A stretch of DNA of 52,339 nucleotides from Candidatus Nanopelagicales bacterium (GTDB lineage: Bacteria; Actinomycetota; Actinomycetes; S36-B12; UBA5976). Both the position numbers and the translations under genes were made by a program. Shown here piece after piece: positions 43,526-52,040 of this stretch. Under the pieces are notes generated by a model. The model made no database searches, had not been told where the DNA came from, and worked only from the letters and a program-made list of their open reading frames with translations. The stretch lies in NCBI GenBank assembly GCA_023260395.1, contig JALQVI010000004.1, positions 1-52,339 on the forward strand, in the 5' to 3' direction. How positions within the stretch are numbered: position 1 is the stretch's first letter; the number at the start of each line of letters is the position of its first letter.

Positions 43526-44389
43526 TTAAGAACTGCGCCAGCCGCGCACGGGCAATTCAAATTTCGCAACAAGGCGTTCAGTGAATGGCGTGCTATGGAC
43601 ACGAGCAAGCTTCACCGATTTGGAGTCACGCTGCACGCGAACTGTACCGCCCGCAGCTACCTCGGTCGAACGACGGCCGTCTGCACAAACTACAACTGGA
43701 CCGTTCTCAATTCCAACATTGATTGTTGACGTTGGTGACACCACTAGGGGTCGTGCAAACAATGCGTGCGCACTAATCGGCACGACAAGCAAGGCATCAA
43801 CTTCTGGCCAAACAACCGGTCCGCCAGCACTGAATGCGTATGCCGTCGAACCAGTTGGGGTTGCACACAACAAACCGTCACACGACCATCGCGACAAAGG
43901 ACGATCGTCAATCGAAACCATAATTTCAGCCATGCGCTCGCGCTGGTGTTTTTCGATTGCCACTTCGTTGAGCGCCCAAGTCGACCAGACATCACCGTCA
44001 GGCGAAGTTGTCGTCACAACGAGCGAGGTTCGCTCTTCAACGACAAGGTCAGACGCAGTAACTGCAGCAATAACAGATGCAATGTCTTCTGGCTCGGCTT
44101 CAGCCAGAAAGCCAACGTGGCCAAGATTTACACCTAAAACAGGAACATCGTGTTCGCGCGCGATTTCGATTGCTCGAAGTATCGTTCCATCGCCGCCAAA
44201 GACTATGACCAACTCGCAGCCTTCGGCGTTTGTCGCGCCTTGGATGCCATCCAAACCGATTAATTGTGCATCATCATCTGCACAAAAGACCAAGATGCCA
44301 TTAGCCAACAAGCCCGTGGCAGCTTCGCGGGAAACTTCAAGCGCACGTTGACGACCAGCATGAACAACGAAAAGCACTTTGCGGCTCAT
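43526..44389 (-). CDS. nadK: NAD kinase
   Basis: GGDGTIL, NLGHVGFL, ALNE, TPTGSTAY. Confidence 0.97.
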   Translation of the reverse strand: MSRKVLFVVHAGRQRALEVSREAATGLLANGILVFCADDDAQLIGLDGIQGATNAEGCELVIVFGGDGTILRAIEIAREHDVPVLGVNLGHVGFLAEAEPEDIASVIAAVTASDLVVEERTSLVVTTTSPDGDVWSTWALNEVAIEKHQRERMAEIMVSIDDRPLSRWSCDGLLCATPTGSTAYAFSAGGPVVWPEVDALLVVPISAHALFARPLVVSPTSTINVGIENGPVVVCADGRRSTEVAAGGTVRVQRDSKSVKLARVHSTPFTERLVAKFELPVRGWRSS

Positions 44390-45177
44390 TGCGGACCTTC
44401 CTGTACGGCGTGAACGATGTCTTCGAGTTTTGCGGCCGGCGCATTACGAGCAAGCCACAAAAAATATTCAACATTTCCACTTGGGCCTGGAAGCGGACTT
44501 GCGGTGACACCGCGGGTTCCCAAACCAAGCGAAAAGGCACTTTTGGCAATCTTATTGACTGCATCGATTCGCTGCTCTGGAGAATCCACAACTCCCCCAG
44601 AACCAAGCAGTTCTCGACCAACTTCAAACTGCGGTTTGACCATAAGTAGAGCCTGACCGCTTGGTTTCAACATCTTCTCTAATGCAGGCAAGACGGTCTC
44701 GAGTGAAATAAACGATAAATCAGCCACGATTAAATCGACTTGCTCACCAATCGTTTCTGGAACCAAATGTCGAACGTTGGTGCGGTCATGTACAACTACT
44801 TTGGGATCTTGACTGACTTTCCACGCCAACTGTCCGTAGCCAACATCCACACAGTAAATCTTTGCGATACCTCGTCGCAGTAAGACGTCACTGAATCCAC
44901 CCGTGGATGCTCCAGCATCTAACGCAGTCAACCCTGAAACGTCTAAACCGAATTTATCTAACGCGCCGATTAATTTATGTGCACCTCGTGAAACGTAATC
45001 ATCTTGAACATCGACAAGCACCTTGATGGCAGCATTTTCATCTACTTGCGTTGCAGATTTCGTTGCCAAGATTCCAGCAACTTTGACTTGACCTGAATCA
45101 ATTAAAGTCTGGGCGTGCTCACGACTACGAGCTAAGTGCCGACGCACTAACTCGACATCAAGCCGGCGACGGGTCAC
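44386..45177 (-). CDS. tlyA: TlyA family rRNA (cytidine-2'-O)-methyltransferase
   Basis: S4 domain, YVSRGAHKL, DAGASTGGF, DLSFISL, VKPQFE, GNVEY. Confidence 0.97.
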   Translation of the reverse strand: MTRRRLDVELVRRHLARSREHAQTLIDSGQVKVAGILATKSATQVDENAAIKVLVDVQDDYVSRGAHKLIGALDKFGLDVSGLTALDAGASTGGFSDVLLRRGIAKIYCVDVGYGQLAWKVSQDPKVVVHDRTNVRHLVPETIGEQVDLIVADLSFISLETVLPALEKMLKPSGQALLMVKPQFEVGRELLGSGGVVDSPEQRIDAVNKIAKSAFSLGLGTRGVTASPLPGPSGNVEYFLWLARNAPAAKLEDIVHAVQEGPQ

Positions 45178-45695
45178 TGGCCTGATAAATCAGCCAGCGT
45201 GTCATGCAAACGACGCTGAACGTCTTCAAAAACAGCTACGTGCTCGTCTACGGGCATCGATGAAAGATCAGCAAGACGCGCAATTGCATCATCGACTCGT
45301 GGCTCACCGGTTACCGGCAGGGACATCATCACAACTGTTGGAGCGCTTGGATCAAAATCATTTGAAGAATCTTGCGACTCATCAAAATAGATTTCGCCTT
45401 CATCTTCTGCAAATTCATCTTCTTCAAAAATGTCGTTATCGTCTTCATCCGCGATGACATTTACCGGAGCAGCTTCAAATTCTTCGTCGTCGTCTTCGTC
45501 TTCGTCGTCAAATTCATTATCAGAATCTTCTGATTCGTCGTCACTTGAATCCGTTTGGGCGTGTTGGTCATCCGACAGCGCGTCGATGAAATCATCACGG
45601 TCGTTGACAACATCTTCTTCTTGAGTTTCAACGAAATCGACAGAGTCCGAGCCTACAGTGGCGCCCTCGCCTAATTCGGAAATAAATTCGCTCAT
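45174..45695 (-). CDS. Hypothetical protein: acidic disordered N-terminus plus conserved helical C-terminal module
   Basis: D/E-rich first ~120 aa; C-terminal TGEPRVDDAIARL...EHVAVFEDVQRRL resembles the small ORF usually found before tlyA; SD GAAAGG. Confidence 0.75.
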   Translation of the reverse strand: MSEFISELGEGATVGSDSVDFVETQEEDVVNDRDDFIDALSDDQHAQTDSSDDESEDSDNEFDDEDEDDDEEFEAAPVNVIADEDDNDIFEEDEFAEDEGEIYFDESQDSSNDFDPSAPTVVMMSLPVTGEPRVDDAIARLADLSSMPVDEHVAVFEDVQRRLHDTLADLSGQ

Positions 45696-45715
45696 TGTGT
45701 CGCCTTTCGTTGCCT

Positions 45716-46720
45716 CTAGCCTACGGCAATGCCACGTTTCGAAAGTTGAGTGGTTGCTTCATCCACTGTGCACAAGCCATTCCATGCGGCCACCAGCATG
45801 ATTCGGATGGCGTCTAAATTGTCACCTTGGCCAATCAATTGCCCACCATCAAAGTGCCATTCATTCAACTGTGCCTGTTCGCCAACAAGTGAAACAGCTG
45901 GGTGTTCGTCGGCCAATCCTGTGGCATCCCATGAAATGTAGGTCGGACGTAGGTCATGCGGAGCATTCAGCAAATCCGTAACAGTCGTGACACCGGAAAA
46001 AACTAAGAGGCTGTCGATCCCAACATTCACGGCGCCTTGGATGTCAGTATCGAGCCGGTCTCCGATAACTAGCGGTCGCTTTGCCTGTGCTCGATCAATT
46101 GATTGTTGCATCAACGGAACTTCCGGTTTACCCGCAACTGCTGTAGGTCGGCGTCCAACAGATGCGGCTAAAGCATTAACCATTGCCCCATTACCTGGTG
46201 CCATACCCCACTGCGTAGGAATAGTGATGTCCATGTTGGTGGCAACCCAAGGAACACCTGAACTCAAAACATGACTCGCTTGCGACAACATTCGCCACGG
46301 CATGTCGGGCCAATAGCCCTCGATGACTCCCGCGTGTGTAGCCTCAACATCTTGGGAAGGCACCAACCCAACTAATTCGACCTCGGCCATAAGGTCACGG
46401 CTTCCAAGTACGAAGATTGAACTTCCCTGTGGAACCAAGGTTGCCAACACTGCCGCGCCGGCTTGAGCAGATGTGACGACATCCTCGGCACGGGCATCCA
46501 GTCCAAGTTCTCTCAAATGGTCGGCTACCGATGACGGTGATCGAGACGCATTGTTTGTGACGTAAGTGAGGGTCATCCCGAACTTGTCGTGCAAACTATT
46601 AATCGCTGGAACAACACCAGGTACTGAATCTTGACCTACATAAATCACGCCATCAAGGTCAAACAATGCAGCGTCATAAACGCTCGCCAATACTTCGCTT
46701 GATTGCTGCAAAGGTGCCAT
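45716..46720 (-). CDS. HAD-IIA family phosphatase (NagD-like)
   Basis: FDLDGVIY, VTNNASR, AGKP, IGDRLDTDI; start set at ATG 46720. Confidence 0.94.
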   Translation of the reverse strand: MAPLQQSSEVLASVYDAALFDLDGVIYVGQDSVPGVVPAINSLHDKFGMTLTYVTNNASRSPSSVADHLRELGLDARAEDVVTSAQAGAAVLATLVPQGSSIFVLGSRDLMAEVELVGLVPSQDVEATHAGVIEGYWPDMPWRMLSQASHVLSSGVPWVATNMDITIPTQWGMAPGNGAMVNALAASVGRRPTAVAGKPEVPLMQQSIDRAQAKRPLVIGDRLDTDIQGAVNVGIDSLLVFSGVTTVTDLLNAPHDLRPTYISWDATGLADEHPAVSLVGEQAQLNEWHFDGGQLIGQGDNLDAIRIMLVAAWNGLCTVDEATTQLSKRGIAVG

Positions 46721-46762
46721 ACCTCTAGATTGCCATTGACTCGGCACCTAAGTCACTTCGCG

Positions 46763-47086
46763 TCATAGTTTTGACAGCGAAGAAATTTCCACCTCGACAC
46801 GACTAGCTACCGATGTGCCTGCTTTCCAAAACCGTCGTCGCATTTCGCCTTGAACTTCCACAATGTCGCCGGGAACAAGAGAGCGAGCTTTTCGCTGCAA
46901 CCCAGCTTTCATCGCAATCAAATCAATAGTGTCTACAGTTGTTTTGGTCGTTGGCTTTGCACGTGGGATAACGATTCGAAACCGCGTAAGTATGGTTTCG
47001 CTGGGTAACTCGATATCCTCGGCAGCGGACGTTACTCGCCCAACAAGATGAACCGAATTTACCCACTCTGAAAATTCTTCTGACAT
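46763..47086 (-). CDS. Short single-stranded DNA-binding OB-fold protein (SSB paralogue)
   Basis: N.V.LVGRV, GDIVEVQG.MRRRFW, RVEVE; no acidic C-terminal tip; SD GAGGAG. Confidence 0.8.
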   Translation of the reverse strand: MSEEFSEWVNSVHLVGRVTSAAEDIELPSETILTRFRIVIPRAKPTTKTTVDTIDLIAMKAGLQRKARSLVPGDIVEVQGEMRRRFWKAGTSVASRVEVEISSLSKL

Positions 47087-47098
47087 GTGAACTCCTCG

Positions 47099-47126
47099 AA
47101 ATTAGTAGAGAGATGCACTGTGTCAA
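47099..47126 (-). promoter_or_regulatory. Putative sigma-A promoter for the short SSB gene
   Basis: TTGACA-N16-TAATTT, directly after the upstream terminator. Confidence 0.5.
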
Positions 47127-47164
47127 AAAGAACTGACCGCACACAGATTATGTATGCGGTCAGT
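47125..47164 (-). terminator. Intrinsic terminator after the TPR gene
   Basis: ACTGACCGCATACA-TAATC-TGTGTGCGGTCAGT then TCTTTTT on the - strand. Confidence 0.85.
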
Positions 47165-47183
47165 GGACTAATTCGATTGTGGA

Positions 47184-48887
47184 TTAATCTTCGTATTCGT
47201 CGTCTTCGAGATCTTCGTATTCCAAAACCTGATCTTGACCTTCGAAAACGTCGTAGCCAGATCCTTCGAGTTCCTTAATGCGGGCATCTGCATCAGTTAG
47301 TTGCTCTGGATCAACGGCAGCTGCGCGATGGAACCATTCAATAGCTTCCGCATTATGGCCCATGTTTGCCAGTACATCGGCATACGCATAGCGAATTCGC
47401 GCTGCCCAAGGTTCGTGTGTTGAAGTGCTCAATTCAGGACACTGCAAGGTTGCCAAAGCAGCTTCCCACTGACCAAGGTCAGAACGTGCGCCAGCAGCAA
47501 CAATGCGCATTTCTACACGTGTACCGCGATCAAGTGATGCAACCAATGGATCGCCAGCCATTTCGATTGCTTTCTTAGGACGACCAAGGGCACGTTCGCA
47601 GTCCGCCATCAATGGCCAGTATTCCTTGATGCCGCGCATACGACGAGCAGCACGGAATTCGGTCAACGCTTCAGCAAAGTGACCTGCGTGGTAAGCAGCT
47701 TCTGCTGCGGCTTCGCGAACGATGCCCACACGGGAGGCTTTGTTCAAAGCAGCCTTGGCATGTTCCCAAGCAAGTTCAGGGTTGATGTCCATCATCTCGC
47801 CGGATGCAACCAAATGTCGTGCGACGCGAAGCGCTAAACCATCTGGCAATGTACGAAGTTCATTTCGCACGGCGCGCGGAAGTTCATTGCCCGTGATGTG
47901 ATCAGGAATGATCGGATCTTGGACATTGACGCGCTTTTCGCCGCGCGGTGCACGTGGTGCGCGCTCGTCGCGATCGTTGTAACGACCGCCGGCACGGTCA
48001 GGTCGGCCACCGCGTTCTTCGTAACGTCCACCACCGCGGCCTTCGCGCGAAGGACGATCAGGACGGCCGCCACGAGTCGAAGAACGGCGATCTTCGCTTG
48101 CTTGTGGGCGGTCACCGGAAAATGGATTCTCGCGACGATTTCGACCCGTTGTTGGACGGTCTGAACCACCGCGGGAATCGCGGTCACCGTACGAACGTGG
48201 TCGATCACTTGATCCACCACGCGAGTCACGAGAGCCGTAACTACGTTCACCTGAACGATCAGCACGCGGACGATCTGAACGTGGACGATCTGAACCGCCA
48301 CGAGAATCACGGTCACCATAAGAACGCTGACGATCATCCGAACGCTCAGTGCGAGGACGGTCTGTACCACCGCGGGAATCACGCGACCCGTAACTACGCT
48401 CACCTGAACGCTCAGAGCGCGGACGATCCGAACCACCGCGAGGGTCACGATCACCATACGATCGTGGACGATCATTCGATCCACCACGTGAATCACGCGA
48501 GCCATAGCTGCGCTCACCCGAACGCTCAGTACGCGGACGATCCGAACGTGGACGATAACTCGAGCCACCGCGAGAATCGCGGTCACCGTATGAGCGCTCG
48601 CCATCTGGGCGCGATGTACGTCCATAACCACTTCCTGTGGATGGGCGACTGCCGTAGCTACGCTCGCCTGAACTTGGACGTGACGAGGATGGACGACCGG
48701 AACGGCCAGAGCCACTTACTGTGGGACGGCCAGCACTTGGGCGACCTTCACCCGAACGCGGACGATCAGAGCCACCACGTGAACCACCGGACGATGAACG
48801 AGAAGAACCTGAAGATGCGCGGCCACTACTTGGTCGACCAGAACTTGGACGTCCTGATGAACGGGAATTGGAACTATTTGATGCCAT
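47184..48887 (-). CDS. TPR-like helical protein with long R/S/G/D-rich disordered N-terminus
   Basis: C-terminal VREAAAEAAY, ADCERALGRP, IVAAGARSDLGQ, RYAYAD match the conserved post-rrn actinobacterial TPR protein; start set at ATG 48887 with SD GAGGA. Confidence 0.85.
   Translation of the reverse strand: MASNSSNSRSSGRPSSGRPSSGRASSGSSRSSSGGSRGGSDRPRSGEGRPSAGRPTVSGSGRSGRPSSSRPSSGERSYGSRPSTGSGYGRTSRPDGERSYGDRDSRGGSSYRPRSDRPRTERSGERSYGSRDSRGGSNDRPRSYGDRDPRGGSDRPRSERSGERSYGSRDSRGGTDRPRTERSDDRQRSYGDRDSRGGSDRPRSDRPRADRSGERSYGSRDSRGGSSDRPRSYGDRDSRGGSDRPTTGRNRRENPFSGDRPQASEDRRSSTRGGRPDRPSREGRGGGRYEERGGRPDRAGGRYNDRDERAPRAPRGEKRVNVQDPIIPDHITGNELPRAVRNELRTLPDGLALRVARHLVASGEMMDINPELAWEHAKAALNKASRVGIVREAAAEAAYHAGHFAEALTEFRAARRMRGIKEYWPLMADCERALGRPKKAIEMAGDPLVASLDRGTRVEMRIVAAGARSDLGQWEAALATLQCPELSTSTHEPWAARIRYAYADVLANMGHNAEAIEWFHRAAAVDPEQLTDADARIKELEGSGYDVFEGQDQVLEYEDLEDDEYED
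48162..48596 (-). repeat. Seven coding repeats RSYG[D/S]RD[S/P]RGG[S/T]
   Basis: Visible in the translation; DNA copies differ at synonymous sites. Confidence 0.9.
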
Positions 48888-49063
48888 AAGACATTCCTCT
48901 TTACATTGAGCCGCACATATGGGCGCTGGCATGAGTGACCGCTATTGAATTGTTCTTCTAGTTTGCACTAGCCAGGACTTCAGGGCAAATTCCCCCCGAA
49001 AGCTTTTATTTTGCGCCGTAATTCGAGCTACGTTCACAAAATATGTGTTGATACGATTTCAAC

Positions 49064-51640
49064 TTACGTCGCGTAAATCGTTGCTACATAGTCGATTTTT
49101 GGCCCAACCTTAGGTTTCACAGTGACTTTGACCGAACAGGTTCCGGCTTGTTTTGGCACCACAACGCCCTTTACAAGCGCGCACTTAGCTGAGCCAGAAG
49201 ACGTGACCTGAAAAGATACAGTTGACGTTTTCGCAGGTGTCACATTCATCGGCGTCAATAAGCACGCGGCAGTTGCAGATTTGCTTTTTGCGATGATGCA
49301 TCCCATTGCTTTGCATGCTGCCCGGCTAGTTGCACCCAACGTACTTGTGAAGTTCACCGGACAAGCAGTTTGCGACGTGGCTCCAACTGAATCGACATAG
49401 AAACCACTTGAAGCAATTGTGCAAGAACTTTGCCCGGAAAGAGATTGAAAGGTGCCAACAACACAACTTTCCTGTGAACCTGCTCTCGGTCCTGCAACAT
49501 AGTGACCAGGATCTGCAGGAGTGCACTGAGTGCCGCTGAATCCTTCAACCGATTGATACGTGCCAGCCGAACATTCAGTTACTGAAGATTGGCCAGAACC
49601 AGTAGCGAAAGTTCCACGAGGAACAGAACTGCAAGTACTCTGACCGGAAAGAGTTTGATAAGTGCCAGTCGCACAAGGTTCTTGCGAGCTTGCACGAGGA
49701 CCGGACACAAAATATCCCGGCGATGCAGGAGTGCAACTACTTCCTCTAAAACCTTCAATCGACTGGTAGGTGCCTGCCAAACATTCGGTCACAGAAGACT
49801 GACCTGGTCCATTAGCGAATGTTCCTGTCGGTACCGCATCGCATGAACTTTGCCCGGTAAGAGTTTGATAAGTCCCTGCAACGCACGCAATTTGGTACGA
49901 ACTCGCTTCAGAGGGGACAAAATTCCCAGCACTAGCCAAAGTACATTCAGTTGCTCGCTCATCAGCTGAGTACGTTCCGGTTGCGCAAGCTGTGCGCGTT
50001 CCGTTGTTGGCAATGTAACCCTTAGTGGCATTAACGCAATTAACTCCGCGTTGAAATTGGTAAGCACCCCATCGTTCACTTACGAGATCCTGCACAACGT
50101 ACTGTCCATAGCCGCAAGCACCTGCTGCTCCAAGGTAGATGTAAATGCCATCGGAGGAGACAGTTTGCCCATCCGGATTCACATATGAAACCGTCACGAA
50201 GTATCTACCTTCGCGATCCAAACTGGACCCACCAGACTGCCACATAGTTCCAGAGTCATTGACTTGCTGAATGAGGTACCAGAAGTTCGGTGAGATTACA
50301 TAGCCATTACCAAGCCCGTCACCAAGGACATTGAGGTAATAATGGCGGGAATTAGTGACAATCCCTGGAGCGCCGCTGTTACGAAAGACAATAGTTCGAG
50401 TTGCACCTATTGAACTTCCACTCACTTTCATTAATGTCATCTGCAGAGAATTCGCTTGAGATTGAACAGGAATTACCACGCCGAAATTTGAATCTGGTAA
50501 ATACGTCCCACCTGTTTTCCAAGGAATAATTGACGCATTAATCGAAGAGGTCGACACACAATCAAATTCCGAAGTTGATCCAATTCCGCGAGTCACCGGT
50601 CCAGCAATGCACTGGTGATAGCTTCCACTAGCTTCACCGCTGTAAGTTCCCATAGGCACTTGAGTGCATCCCGTTGGATTAGGGGGCGTTGAAAAAGTTC
50701 CCGCAGGACAGGCCACCGGCAAAGTGGCCCCTTCCTCGCTCGTAAAGAAACCAGCAGGTGTTTCTAAACATGGACTCACCGAATCGTCCCCTGTAACGGA
50801 ATACGTTCCGGCCACACACTGCGAAACAACTGACTCGTTTAGAGTGCGACTTCCCGACCATCCTTGCCCCGACAAAGAGACATCGATTGACAGACTTCCC
50901 CCACCGGAAGCCTCAGGAAAGAAGTACAAATCTTTTAATGTTCGATTCACCTGTTCGACGGTTCCAAAAACAATCCATTGACCTGCACCGATTGGTGAAA
51001 GCGCTGCACCTAAGGAAGTGTAGGAGGCTGAAAATGATCCAAGTATTGGATCCGAAAGACTTAATTGCACTGACGCAGGCCAGGTTAGCTCACCGTTCAG
51101 CACGATCGGTTTCATTCGGTGCTTAACACCTACTTGATAAAATTCTTCACTGTCGATGTTTGTGATTAACGGAGAATGACCGCTATCTACATACACAGGT
51201 TTGACTCCGGTAAAAGTAGCCCCCGTGTTGAGGGTGATGAACGTTTCTATCGTGAAACTTGCATACATTTCAGCAGATGCGGTGAAGAGCACACCAGAAA
51301 GCAGCGCGTTAACGTCCGCAATTGACCCAGTAACCGAATATGTTCCATATCTGTTGTTAATAATTGGAGCAGTTCCACTATCCACTGTCGCTACTTGAGA
51401 AAAATGCCCAGAATTTGAGTAGCTCAGCTGCAACGTCACAGTTGCAAACTTCGCACTTGTGGTTAATTCAATAGCAGCCAGCGTGAAGTTTGATCCCTCC
51501 CCAACTGAAATGAATTCCGGTGTGGACAAATTCGTAATCACGGGAGCAGCCACACTTGAAGTGCTAGTCGACACTAAGGCCGAAGCTATCAAAGCAACTA
51601 CTGCGACCGCACGAAATGCAATCTTCTTAACGAACATCAT
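49064..51640 (-). CDS. Large secreted/surface protein with Cys-rich GCC2_GCC3 (Ephrin_rec_like) type repeats
   Basis: Signal peptide (KK..R + hydrophobic + VAA), many CxxGT[YF]...C units, basic C-terminal domain; start could be 51652, 51640 or 51637. Confidence 0.75.
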   Translation of the reverse strand: MMFVKKIAFRAVAVVALIASALVSTSTSSVAAPVITNLSTPEFISVGEGSNFTLAAIELTTSAKFATVTLQLSYSNSGHFSQVATVDSGTAPIINNRYGTYSVTGSIADVNALLSGVLFTASAEMYASFTIETFITLNTGATFTGVKPVYVDSGHSPLITNIDSEEFYQVGVKHRMKPIVLNGELTWPASVQLSLSDPILGSFSASYTSLGAALSPIGAGQWIVFGTVEQVNRTLKDLYFFPEASGGGSLSIDVSLSGQGWSGSRTLNESVVSQCVAGTYSVTGDDSVSPCLETPAGFFTSEEGATLPVACPAGTFSTPPNPTGCTQVPMGTYSGEASGSYHQCIAGPVTRGIGSTSEFDCVSTSSINASIIPWKTGGTYLPDSNFGVVIPVQSQANSLQMTLMKVSGSSIGATRTIVFRNSGAPGIVTNSRHYYLNVLGDGLGNGYVISPNFWYLIQQVNDSGTMWQSGGSSLDREGRYFVTVSYVNPDGQTVSSDGIYIYLGAAGACGYGQYVVQDLVSERWGAYQFQRGVNCVNATKGYIANNGTRTACATGTYSADERATECTLASAGNFVPSEASSYQIACVAGTYQTLTGQSSCDAVPTGTFANGPGQSSVTECLAGTYQSIEGFRGSSCTPASPGYFVSGPRASSQEPCATGTYQTLSGQSTCSSVPRGTFATGSGQSSVTECSAGTYQSVEGFSGTQCTPADPGHYVAGPRAGSQESCVVGTFQSLSGQSSCTIASSGFYVDSVGATSQTACPVNFTSTLGATSRAACKAMGCIIAKSKSATAACLLTPMNVTPAKTSTVSFQVTSSGSAKCALVKGVVVPKQAGTCSVKVTVKPKVGPKIDYVATIYAT
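49421..49885 (-). repeat. 210-bp (70-aa) tandem duplication, two full copies plus a partial third
   Basis: GAGTTTGATAAGT at 49861 and 49651, GAGATTGAAAGGT at 49441; protein units CxxGTYQTLxGQSxC...SQE. Confidence 0.9.
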
Positions 51641-51726
51641 GTCTCTCTTCACTTAACAACTTCACTAAGACTAAACAACTAAAACAAGAATCAAGGGAAG
51701 CAAGAATGGCAATCTCAGCCAGAACG

Positions 51727-51760
51727 CAAAAATGGGCCACCCGAAGGTGACCCATTTTTG
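51727..51760 (-). terminator. rRNA operon terminator
   Basis: CAAAAATGGGTCACC-TTCG-GGTGGCCCATTTTTG on the - strand, just after 5S. Confidence 0.9.
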
Positions 51761-51768
51761 AATAATTG

Positions 51769-51886
51769 TCCGGCGACGTCCTACTCTCCCACACCTTCAC
51801 AAGTGCAGTACCATCGGCGCTGAAGGGCTTAGCTTCCGGGTTCGGAATGGAGCCGGGCGTTTCCCCTTCGCCATGGTCGCCGAAAC
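51769..51886 (-). rRNA. rrf: 5S ribosomal RNA
   Basis: GTTTCGGCGACCATGGCGAAGGGGAAACGCCCGG...CCGAACCCGGAAGCTAAG...GCCGATGGTACTG...GAGAGTAGGACGTCGCCGGA; ends approximate. Confidence 0.97.
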
Positions 51887-52040
51887 TCTTTCGAGTTACG
51901 TACGAACAATCAACTATTTAGTTGTTAGCGCTGACCACACGAGGTGATCTTGCGTTTAGTTCCCGACCGTAAATCGGGAACCGCACAGTGGACGCGAAAA
52001 TCTTAAAGAAAGAATCCCTTCACATAAAGTGAAGATTGAG

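Noticed and set aside
43581-44351. 256-aa antisense ORF opposite nadK (and similar ones opposite uvrC/uvrA, der, whiA)
   Set aside because: Shadow ORFs of conserved genes with Ser/Thr/Ala-rich, motif-free translations
48162-48596. Repeats as a possible CRISPR array
   Set aside because: In-frame coding repeats with wobble variation and related linkers; no cas genes
47834-48889. Long alternative-frame and antisense ORFs (293 aa on -, 313 aa on +) over the TPR repeat region
   Set aside because: Expected by-product of Arg/Ser/Gly/Asp repeat codons, which lack stops in other frames; no recognisable domain
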